A DNA stretch of 64,000 bases from Amoebidium appalachense. Lineage: Eukaryota; Protista; Ichthyosporea. Location of the stretch: the NCBI GenBank assembly GCA_963693365.1, contig CAVNZM010000002.1, forward strand, positions 12,704,328 through 12,768,327, read 5' to 3'. Shown one piece after another: positions 11,831 through 64,000 of this stretch. The position numbers were made by a program, and so were the translations under genes. The stretch's first letter is position 1. The number at the start of each line of letters is the position of its first letter. Below the pieces are notes generated by a model. It was not told the origin of the DNA and ran no database searches. It saw nothing but the letters and a program-made list of their open reading frames with translations.

Positions 11831-13622
11831 AAACTCTCGGGGGCCAACGACGTGATTAGGCTATGCCATAGTACAATGCGCTTATGCACCAGTGAGCAAT
11901 ACTAGCCTCAATACATAAACTTAGAGGTATATTGTCCTTTTGCAGTAAAAACTGAGTGGTTTACCTAGGAGCTTATACTTCTTGGCGGTCATTGCTAGGT
12001 TGATATTTCTGATTGAATTTTGTATGAAGCGAAGCGAATACCTGTACTGCTCTTTTAAAAAAGAGCAGATAAGAGTTGCTCTTAAGTTCCAACTTAATAA
12101 CGTGTTTTCAGCACATATTCTTACAAATCTTGAGTTGAATTCATGTATTAATATAATAACCATTTTACATTATTAACATGCAATATGTTATCTATATTTT
12201 TGGCCTGGTGTCGTGTCTTGTAGATGGTTGGGGAATACTCAGTAGAATATCGACATTAGGCCGTATTTTATTCGCAGAGAGTAAAAGGTAGTGATTGGCT
12301 GAGCCGTGCGTGGGACGTTCCCATAGTCAAAAACTGTATCAACTTGAAAGCGGTCCGGAATTCCGGATGCTCAAAGTTTGGCATCAATAAAAGCAATGGT
12401 AATTTATTCAGCTCAGGCAAGCCGTAATATAAGCGTAAAGGATATTGTGCATATATTTATCACAAAGTGTATACACAAAGCAGTGCTACAAGTTAGCGCC
12501 ACCGGGTCAAACTGCGGTTTATGATCCACGAAAGTTTACCAACCTTGGGGGTGCACACGGCACTCAGTGGCACTGCAGATCTTAGAATATCCATATCATT
12601 CTCGGGTATATATATGCATACGAAGTAGGCCCGCTGGGGCTGACTCCGAGTAAGGCAGGATATAGCTATGCATTTCAGGCAAAGAGATGATCAATAAATG
12701 AAAATTAAGCTATTATATCATTTTACACAATAGTGTTAAGTTGAGCAAACGGCAACCATCGGGTATATACAAGTAGGATGGACGTGGTCAGATCCGAAAT
12801 CCCCAGAAACTCACAGGGTTTTAAGACATATCAAATGTCACAACGTCGGCTCAGACGGTCGGCCGAGGGCTTCCCATGAGTCAGACTCAGTAACAAAAAG
12901 TATCCTCCTTGAAGTAGGGCTTATACTGCAGAGTAGATCGAGCTAAAATAATGATTTCCATATCTGTTCACTTTATCTACATTCTTGTATAGCTAAACCA
13001 ACTAAGCAGCTGGTACTTGACACCAATCTACTGTTCATGATCAGCTGGCGCTAACATTAATTAATTCATATGCATTTAAACGTGCCATGCAGTTATATAT
13101 TGTACAAGCCCCACGATTCCATTTACACTTAATACACATCTTCAGAGTACTAGGTCAATTAAACAGTACAGGGCCAAGAGATTTCACCGATATTAACCTT
13201 GTGCAAGCAGTTTCCCCATCTCGCAAAAAAAAAAAAAAGGAGAGCACTTGGCGTTTGTTTCCCCCTCACATTCGCGAAACAGTTCACCTCTTGTAGTCTG
13301 GGGGTGCCTCACCAAGATTCGAAATGATAGCCAATCACTTGTCACTCGCATTCCTGCAGATATGGATGAATATCATCCCAGACAAATTATTAGCTGACTT
13401 TGAACTAATCAAAATGCATAACGCAAATTTCTAAGTTGTCCCTGAAGCTGGTTAAGCCAATCATGATTGTGCCCGGGAAAAGCGAGTTACCCCTCCACGT
13501 GTCCCCTACGCACATACATAAAGCACACCACAACTTGATTCTGTCACTTTTGCGTGTTTGGTCTGTCGTGCAGGTGTTGGGAATGAGTCTCAGGTAGTTT
13601 TTTGTGACGACCGGCTTCGAAA

Positions 13623-14616
13623 ATGATGTGCTACCCAACTGCTCCAGCGCAAACGAGCGCTGAGGTCATAAACGGGCTTGCGCTCCGCTGCTTCCTGGCG
13701 TCTGCAACGAACCCTGCCCTCCGCCCTTACCTCATGGCAGCCCTCACGCCCCAGATCTACCCTCCCCCTGCCTACCCAGTGGCGGTTCCGGGTGTCCCCG
13801 CACCCGTACCCACCCCCCCGCCCGTGCACGTGCCTGTCGACTACACGCCTCGTGTTCAGCACTTGCCTGCGTCTTTCACGCACAAGAAAAAGGTCGTGGG
13901 GAAGAGGCAAAACTCAAACAAGGGGCGTAGACGCTGCAAGAGTGAGCTGACTAGAACGTTCTCGTGTGACGTCGACAACTGCACACGCCGGTGAGTCCCC
14001 CCCCCCCCCCCCCTGCTGTCTTTTCCCCGAACCTGTCTTCCCTGTTGGGTTGCTATGATAGAACTTCTTTCCACCCCTATCCTTTTCTTTTAAAACTAAA
14101 ACATGTCGTTCAAAGCCATGATCACCTCATCTTACCCCAAAACCGAAACTGACCAATTCTCATGTTTTTTCCTGCAGGTACGAAGCGTTTAGGAGTCTGC
14201 AACACCACTACTGGGTCGCACACAACCTGAAACGCACCAAGTCCGAGTATGCAAAGATGCACGGCATCACCCTTGATGACGACGAGTCCACGCCTTGCCG
14301 CTCTAACTCTACCACATCTGCCATGTCTGTCGTTTCTTGTTCATCTGTGGGCTCCCCGGAGATGAACACCGACTATGGGGAGCTCTCTACTCCCTTCGGC
14401 ACGCCGTGCCCTTCCGGCCCCTCCTCTCCGTGTCTTTCGCCCGTTTCCGCACAAGGTGTGCAAGAACATCCTATAAAGATGGAGGTGTGGATCAATGACT
14501 TCGATGTTGACAATCTGCTGTGGGACTTGACGGGTGAAAACGAGCCTGTGGAGCTGGAGGTGGACCTGCAAGCCTCTCCTGTTGACTCCATGACCACCCT
14601 GGACGCACTCCCTTGA
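13623..14616 (+). CDS. Two-exon single C2H2 zinc-finger protein (~268 aa), putative transcription factor
   Basis: Exons 13623-13990 (donor GTGAGT) and 14178-14616 (acceptor TTCCTGCAG) join to give FSCDVDNCTRRYEAFRSLQHHYWVAH (C-x4-C-x12-H-x4-H). It is preceded by a Pro-rich segment and a basic patch (KKKVVGKRQNSNKGRRR) and followed by a Ser-rich/acidic tail. AATAAA at 15121. Confidence 0.85.
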
Positions 14617-15941
14617 ACGATGAAAAACACTGGTGCATTGGTGACGATTGCAAGCCAGTTTCGCCTAAGATTAGTTTTTAGAGTACGTATGTTTATCTTC
14701 TCACTATCAATATGCACTTCCATATCCTGTGTGCACGCGAAGTTTTGCAAGGCCCAACAACACGCACATGTTCTTTTGCTTCGGTAGGAGTATAAGCCTG
14801 TGCATATATCATATTTATATACCTTTTTCCGATGTTATATACGTAATCAGTCGAAAATTCTCTCGTTGGCCGTCGACACTGTGGGTGAGTTTGAGCCCCC
14901 ACCACCGACATGCAATTTCGAGCTTCTACCTATTTGAAGATTTATGTATGTACATAACGGCAACTGTTATACGTAGGCAGAGTTGCATGTACCATGCAGC
15001 ACATATGAGCCCAACGAATATATCTGTTGGGCACTTAGGCACATATGTACATATTACTTGTCAAATGTCATATACAGCCACAAGCAATAAGAGGCTATAT
15101 ACTGCTACGAATTTATTTGTAATAAACCGTAAGCAGACTTATTCGAGTGTAAGAACGGAATGCCGAGTACAAAGCAACCCACCAACTCGCTCCAGTGGAG
15201 AGCCTGGCGATCCGTAATTGTGCCTGTCCGTGTCTTGTTTTCAACCCTCTCACCCCGTCAACCAACACCACCAATGCATGTCTTCCCTGTTACAGAAGCA
15301 TCTGTACAGGCAGAGCCCCCCCTCCCCATCCCTCCTCCTCCACGCTTTGTTGGCCTCGAAGGCCCACAGACCTCAACTTTTTGAAAGAAAGGCGAAATGA
15401 AAGAGATGGGGTATATATTCAAATCCCATCCGGGTCCCCCCTGCCCCTCTCCCTCCCCCCCCCCCCCCCCCCACACACATACACATCCACCCGAGCACCC
15501 ACTTTTTTTTTTTTTTTGCTCGGCCTGATATTGAGTACTAGTTCCTCCTACCCACCTCTCCCTTCCTTCCGGATCCACCACCACCCACCAACTTCTTCCA
15601 TGTGCAATTTCATTCCGAAAAGAATTTCCTGATAACTAAGGATAATTTTGAGTAATGTTATCGTATTCTCATTACTATATGCGTGTGCGTTCATGCCATG
15701 TGTACGTGCTATGCCGGGAGGGGCGGGCGGGCGGGTGGGCGGGGGGAGGGGAGGGGGAGGGGGGGGGGGGGGGGGGGGGGGGGGGCTGCGTCCAAATGTG
15801 GAATAGTGTGTGTGTGCGCCTATCTCCGGCAATTTGGTGTGTACGTGTGTGTGTGTATGTACACGTGTGTGTGTGTGTGAGTGAGTGTGTGTTTGTGTGT
15901 GTACATGTGATGGCAAAGGAAAATGGGCAGAGGGTGACAGT

Positions 15942-15995
<54 letters not shown>

Positions 15996-16577
15996 AGCTT
16001 GTGTGTTTGTTGTGTGTGGTGCGCAGGGTGTGTAGATGTGTGGGTATGTGTATGTGTGTGTGTGTGTGTGCGCGCGTGTCACGGTGTGTGTATATATGCC
16101 AGTGAGGGTCTATCATACTCCTTTTTTTTTTTGTTAATAGTATAAAACCTGCTATGGCTAGGTGACTCTGATAATTGCCCTGTTCAGCACAGATATCGAT
16201 ACAGTTTTCTGCTTTTTGCAGAACTATCCTGCTTTTGTAAAACGATTCGACTCTTTTCAATCGTTTCTGCTTTTAGAAGCAGAGGGATTCTGCTTCCCCC
16301 CCCCTCCCTCCCCTCCTCCCCCCCCCCCCCCCCCCCCACAAAAAAAAAAAAAAAAAAAAAAAACGGTTGGCCGTAGCAAGGCAAATATTTTTGCTTTGCA
16401 GAATGCTTCTGCTATAATTTATAGCACCAAAAATCACTTAAGTCATCCCCCTCCCCCCCCCCCCCCCCCCCCCCCCCCTCCCCTCCCCCCCCCTTTTTAT
16501 TTTATTTTTTTTGTTTGCAAAATAAAACGTTGCAGCTCTCAACAACTTTATTCCACTTCTGTTGTTGTACCCTCCTC

Positions 16578-16657
<80 letters not shown>

Positions 16658-16752
16658 ACACACACACACTCTCTCTCTCTCTCTCTCGCTCTCTCTCTTT
16701 CTCTCTCTCTCTCAATCTATCTATCTATCACACACGCACACACGCGCGCGCG

Positions 16753-16839
<87 letters not shown>

Positions 16840-16877
16840 GACCCCGAGGCTCTCTCTCTCTCTCTCTCACTCTCTCG

Positions 16878-16929
<52 letters not shown>

Positions 16930-17143
16930 CATCTCTTTGATCTCTCTCTCTCACTAACTCTCTCTCTTTGATCTCTTTCTCTCTCTCCCCAAGGCTCTCT
17001 CTCTCTCTCCCCCCCCCAACGCTCTCTCCCCCCCCCCCCCCCCCCCCCCTCTCTATCTCTCTTTGATCTCTCTCGATCTCCCTCTCTCTCCTTCTCTCTC
17101 TCTCTGTCTCTCTCACTCTCTCTCACTCTCTCTCTCTCTCTGT

Positions 17144-17218
<75 letters not shown>

Positions 17219-17973
17219 CCCACGCGCGTGCGTCACTGTGCCACAGTGCGTGCGTGCACGTGTGCTGTGTGTCCTATTATGCATATTAAAGCCGTGAGCA
17301 ACCGACGCCATAAAGTAAGACTCACTGGTGGGCCCAGGCCGTTGCACATGCGCACACGTGAGAAACCCCAAGACTAGTAGAAGAAAGAGACGGAAAGGAA
17401 AGGGAAGAAGGGTAAAGGGGGTGACCGGAGGGAAAGGTGGGACCGGAGCCTCGGAGGGAGGGGGAGGCTGGTGCACGTAGTGTGTAGTGGCACGCACGTG
17501 TTTGGTAAGGGAAGCGTCAACGTTATGGGATTGAGTAGGGGAACGTTAACCTCTCCTATGCCATGGCCCCGGTGCAACACGTAGAATTAACTATCAAGTA
17601 TGTACTAGGCATCACAGCCAGGCATAGGGAGAGGGATGGTGGCCATGGTCTTTTCGAATGCCCCCTCCCTCCAAACACCCCCCCCCCCCCCCCCCCCCCC
17701 CCCCTCCCACCCCCCCATTTGCGCGCCTCTCCCTGAGGATCCTGCTGGCCTTGGAGGGAACTTCCGTCCACCTTCCGGTGGAATGGTGGGTTATCATCTT
17801 GAGTATATCTACTCCCCCCTCCCCCCCCCCCCCCCCCGACCCCGGCCCCGGTGGCCCCGGCCCTCGGACTCCCCTTTCCCACAAAGAAAAACACGGAGCT
17901 TTTAACCTCTTTTAACCGACCAGTGCGAAGAACCTGCAGTCACAGTTTTGGGGGTGTTTCTAAATTTGCGGAA

Positions 17974-18026
<53 letters not shown>

Positions 18027-18395
18027 GGGGGAGGGCGAGGAGGGGGGAGAAGGGGGAGGGGGGAGAGGAGAGAGAGAGACTCCCCGGGGAAGGACTCCAA
18101 ATACAGTAACTGAACGGTTCTTATAGATCTATTCAGCACGACCGGGTAGGCTAGAACTATTTATCGGACAACATCACCACCTTCATTATAATATCTAAAT
18201 ACTACGTTATCCAGAAGAATATCTAACAGCAGCCTTCAAAACCCTGCGGCTCGGGGATCCAGGATCCGGAATCGGGCGGGACCACGTATCATACAGTAGT
18301 ACTAATATTAATATGCATATTAATACATATATATAGTAGCATGAAATTCCAAACTTAGCCTACATATATACACTGCATTGTCCGTGCTCCCCCCC

Positions 18396-18433
<38 letters not shown>

Positions 18434-18750
18434 CTCCTCTCCCCCCTCCCCCCCCCCCCCCCCTCCCCCGCCCCCCCCCCCCCCCCCCTAGTTACCGTCC
18501 CCTCCTTTAATAGTAGAATTTGCAAAGGCCCTGTGACCCCTCGAGGACCGCTCCCTGGCCGGCGAAACACCGTACGAATCAAGAAAAGAAGGGACTTGGA
18601 AGAACGAAAGAAAGAAAAACTGCAAACTCTTCTCTATTTTTGTGGCGCCTGCGGACGGTCTTGTGTTTTCCCATGTGTATGATGTACGTAGCTACAGTGC
18701 TATCGACATGAGCCGGTGACTCGGACTTACATACTCCCGAGGTGTTGTTT

Positions 18751-18850
18751 CTGATTGGCCCACACAGAGAAAGCGCGCCAAGATTCAAATAACGGTTGGC
18801 TCCATGACGGTCGCGTCGTTGTGCTGCGCGAACATGCATTCCGCGCGACT
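18751..18850 (+). promoter_or_regulatory. Candidate cell-cycle promoter module upstream of the RecQ gene (inverted CCAAT, E2F-like site, CHR-like TTCAAA, Myb/MSA-like TAACGG)
   Basis: ATTGG 18754-18758; GCGCGCCAA 18773-18781; TTCAAA 18784-18789; TAACGG 18790-18795; further CGCG cores at 18811-18850. Lies about 360 bp upstream of the proposed RecQ ATG. Confidence 0.55.
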
Positions 18851-19155
18851 CGCAGAGTTGCGGCAAGCTCTGTGATTATATATGCATGATGTTTTGTTAT
18901 GATATTTTGCTACATTACAGTACACATAAGAAATATGCAGTCTTAACAACATTAGATTTTTGTCCATAGGAACGGCGAAACGTTCGGTGACATCGTGTCA
19001 TAGATGTCAGCCAGAGTCGAGGAAAGAAAATACTGTCTCTCGTTGTGTGTTCTTTACTTTGCCTGCACACAAGAATCATGCAGCCATCATAACATTAGTT
19101 TGTTTTCTACTTGAAAGAAGAAGCCATTTGTGCTATTTCGTGTAACCGAAGGCAG

Positions 19156-46604
<27,449 letters not shown>

Positions 46605-46680
46605 TGTGATTGGACGGCATGGCCATTATATTCCTGTTGAAATAATATTTGTTTTGTGGTGGTGGTGGTGGTTGGGTGGG

Positions 46681-46713
<33 letters not shown>

Positions 46714-48638
46714 CTTATTGTTATCCGCAATTCAAAGACTGCACGAATGACCTGTACGTTTTGGTTTCTTTTTTTTTTTTATTTCTGTATGTTTTTGGGG
46801 GAGGGCTGGTTGATTGCCGTCCCAGGCTCTTCATTATTCGGTAAGGATGGAAATGTTGTTTTGTGGGTATTTGTTGCTTTTCTTCTTTTCTTTTCTTTTT
46901 TCTTTCCTTTTTCTTTCTTTCTTTCTTTTTTTTTTTGGGGGGGGGGGGGGGGGGGAGGGGGGGTTACGTATGCTTGAAAGATTGCACGCAAGTGTAGGGC
47001 AAAAACACCGAACCGCTTCTGAAAAAAGGGGGATTTGGTTTTCTTCTTTCATTTTCGAAATCTTTCTCTTCCTTGAATGTTCCCCCCCCCCCCCTCTTTT
47101 GCCCTCAGTTTCGTTTTCTGCATACACAGCTTTACGTAACATGAGGCCAAGCACAATTTTTTTATTTTTTTTAAAAAATAAAAAATCTTTTCTTTTTTTC
47201 CTTTTCTTTTTCTTCTTCGTGTTTCTGTGTGCGTTTGTTTTTGATGATAAAGGGAGTGTGCCTTATATATAGTATAAACGAGGTGTTTCCATATTGAAGG
47301 TTCATTAGAATTTTGAACGTAGTTTCGCGTGCAACGTGATTGTGCACCTGTTTACTAATAGTCTAAACCGTTGCAATGAATGGAAAGTTGAACGTTGTTA
47401 GGAAATCCTTAAAACTTTTTCTTGTAGAGATAATTGGAAACATGACATGACACGAGGCCACAATGTTTTGAATGCCAACGGCGACAAGCGTGACCCTTCA
47501 TAAGCTTATTATCATGAAAAGAACTAATGAAAGTAAATAATAAAGAGAAAGCAATGTGTCAGAAAACAGGCAGAAAACATCTGGGAAAGGGGAAATAGGT
47601 CAGCTTCGACAACACAAAATACAGTATAAACGCATTTTGTCAGCGATCTTTTCATCCGTTTGCCGCGGTAATCTTCGAGAGGGTCACAAACTCTGGGCCA
47701 CGCGTAAGCTTTGGATCCAGTATTGATGTTGTCCCCCCCCCCCCCCCCCCCTCCCCCCAAAACACACACACACATGTACACACACACACACACATGTACA
47801 CACACACATACACGTGCACACACACACACATGCATATGTACACACACACACGTACACGGTTCAGTTGTACAGACACACACTTTCGTGCACATTCAAGCAC
47901 ACATTTACTCTGTGCCCACGCGCATGCACACGAACACGCACGTAAAAGCATGCATGTGCACACACACACACACACACACACACAAAGTTTAACACAAAAA
48001 CAGACATGCACACATCCGTGTACACAAGTTGCAGCATAGATAAAAGCGCATGCAACAATTGAAGTAGTTTGCTTGGCCCTTGCCATGAGCAAACATTTCT
48101 CGCCACAGCCAATGAGTGAACGTGCGATTCTTCAATGCAAATCGTCACCAGCATTTCGAATGATAAAAGGCTTTTTGAGAACATTCTCATTTTACGTACG
48201 TGTGTTCTTTCTCTTTCGAAACCCAAGGGTGTCACAGTGTCCGTTACTGTAAATTATACACCCCGCAGCACAAACTATGGGATGTATTGCATGCTACAAA
48301 AAAACAAACATTTCCATGTACAGGCGTGCACATGCCCCCTTATATATAATTGCGCCTCTAAGTTAGCATCAATAGCTACGTGTGGATGTGTCTAGACCCA
48401 TATATGTTTGCTATATATGTATGTATGCACCAAGGTGTGATCCTACCAACATGCGTACATATATATCACGAAACCCTGTCACATTATCTCACATTTGACG
48501 TGCACATGCCTATGACACATCCCGCACTCCCTTTAAGAAAATTTGAGAAATTGCATACTCACATTCATATCTGCGGTAATAACCAATCCCGTCCCTTGTG
48601 TATCATGTATCCTTCGAAACGGTATACAAATGTACCCC

Positions 48639-48669
<31 letters not shown>

Positions 48670-48738
48670 AAAAAAAAAAAAAAAAACACCGCCACCACTC
48701 ACGTACATACCCACGCTCATACGCACACACAGACACAG

Positions 48739-48792
<54 letters not shown>

Positions 48793-48873
48793 CCTTTCCC
48801 ATCCTCCCCTGGTTGGCGTTGTTGCTGTGGTGAATAAATTTTCAGGCAACTTAACCCCCCCCCCCCCCCCAGA

Positions 48874-55994
<7,121 letters not shown>

Positions 55995-56154
55995 CTTCCA
56001 AGCGCTTGCAGATCTTATTGACGTTGCTTATTTAAATTGCTATTATTAGTTGTCTCGCTATCTTTCTTTTCTTAAAACAGCTCCGTTGATGTGGAAGGAT
56101 TCAAACAGAGGCTAGGGAAAGATGTTGTTGGGAGTTCACAACTCAAGATCGTCC

Positions 56155-56233
56155 ACGTTTGCCAAAAGATGAACACATACCAATCAAGCTCTACGTTTGC
56201 CAAAAGATGAGCACATACCAACCAAGCTCTACG
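56155..56233. repeat. 38-bp tandem duplication upstream of SLC25A46
   Basis: ACGTTTGCCAAAAGATGARCACATACCAAYCAAGCTCT x2 with 2 mismatches. Confidence 0.85.
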
Positions 56234-56534
56234 CAAATTTCTTCGAATTGGGTGCAAAACCAACAAACTCTTATTTTGAGCCGAACAAACCTCCTTAATT
56301 GATCTGGGAACGGGGTTTGCTCTAAACGAGAAAAGGCTGAGGATCGAATCAGTTCTTCGAAACACATGAAAGATCCAGGTGGGCGTGTATCAAAAAAACG
56401 GCGCGTGTGCCCTTTGAAATGAAGCTTCTAACGAACTTTCAGCTACCTCTATTCCAAAAGAGCGCGTAAGAAGTCATGCAAACATCGGACAAAACATCTT
56501 GCCCTTCTCTCTTCTCTCTCTCGGCTTCGCCTTC

Positions 56535-57025
56535 TAGAGGTGGGGCGGTCTGGTCTGGTCAGCCCGATCCAGCCCGAAAAAATTTCGGCCCGGGCTGACC
56601 AGACCAACCCGAAATATTCGGGTTGGGCTGGGGCGTTTGGGCTGGGCCACGGCCATCTAGAAACACCTTGGCCGTGGGCTGGGCCCAGGACGGTCTATGA
56701 TCTGGCCTCCCTCCAGCAGTAACAGATTGTATTTAGTTGTGTGTGACTTGGAAACCCGAGCAGGTTCAACGGTTTATAAGTTTACGTGAGTGGAAGCCAC
56801 CGTATGTTTGTGAGTGTGGGCTGAGTTGGTATCGAAAGCCCATATATGATGCCATTGAGTGCGCCACCCAGACCATTTTGTGCAAACAGATTAGCTATGT
56901 TTGGTAATACGTTAACTATATTTGGTATTACCCGCCGGCCCAACCCAGACCGTTCCCCAGCCCGAAAAAATTTCGGGTTGGGCTGACCAGACCGGACCAG
57001 CCCGAAACCTTTCGCCCCACCTCTG
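56535..57025. mobile_element. Non-autonomous hAT-like DNA transposon (MITE), 491 bp
   Basis: Termini TAGAGGTGGGGCG...CGCCCCACCTCTG. Flanking 8-bp near-duplication TCGCCTTC (56527-56534) / TCGTCTTC (57026-57033). Multiple subterminal CAGCCCGAAA/TTCGGG and ACCAGACC motifs at both ends. No ORF. Confidence 0.85.
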
Positions 57026-57280
57026 TCGTCTTCTACCCGTTGCTGCTAATGAGTATCTAAAGATAGCCAATGGTATTGACAAATAAACTAACGAAGGCCA
57101 ATCAAAGTGATCCTACTAACTACTCCATTAGATCTGCGAACGGGGCAAAACGAACCCCTTGTGCAGCCTCGGACGACGTTCTTCGCCGAACCGGTTTTAT
57201 TTTTTTTTTGATTTTTGACGTTTGTTGCAAGCAACATAAGAACTTTTGTCCTTGTTCCATCTTTGCACAACATCAAAACC

Positions 57281-64000
<6,720 letters not shown>

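Noticed and set aside
18306-18325. 20-bp AT-rich palindrome TATTAATATGCATATTAATA, and short tandem duplications at ~33819-33859, ~35317-35372 and ~39165-39192
   Set aside because: Short, low-complexity or simple slippage products with no further supporting structure.

Overview
Intron-rich eukaryotic genomic DNA. My inference is a unicellular opisthokont (holozoan-like SLC25A46, fungal-like RecQ C-terminus), but the taxon cannot be fixed from sequence. Introns are saturated with C-runs, (CA)n/(GT)n and (CT)n, so almost all ORF-track calls are microsatellite artefacts. By manual splicing I reconstruct five genes: the 3' end of an unknown + strand gene (to 2852); a two-exon single-C2H2 zinc-finger gene (13.6-14.6 kb); a ~35-exon, ~1395-aa BLM/Sgs1-type RecQ helicase (19.2-46.6 kb, +) with no recognisable HRDC domain; SLC25A46 (48.9-56.0 kb, -); and head-to-head COQ3 (57.3 kb to window end, +). 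There are also a decayed APE-RT LINE (~6.8-11.1 kb, -) whose endonuclease is split by a young copia-type TRIM (430-bp LTRs, half-tRNAiMet PBS, 5-bp TSD) and a hAT-like MITE between SLC25A46 and COQ3. The most unusual signal is a strand-following intron architecture: C-runs directly after mostly weak 5' splice sites, (CA)n-CAG acceptors without a U-rich tract, tandemly multiplied branch-point motifs, and complementary (GT)n/(CA)n intron ends. This may represent a non-standard splicing code. Other candidates are a perfect 59-bp intronic hairpin, a dispersed intronic element with G-U/compensatory pairing, a GC-AG intron, an exon duplication and an E2F-CHR-Myb promoter module. Exon coordinates were derived by eye and need RNA-seq confirmation.
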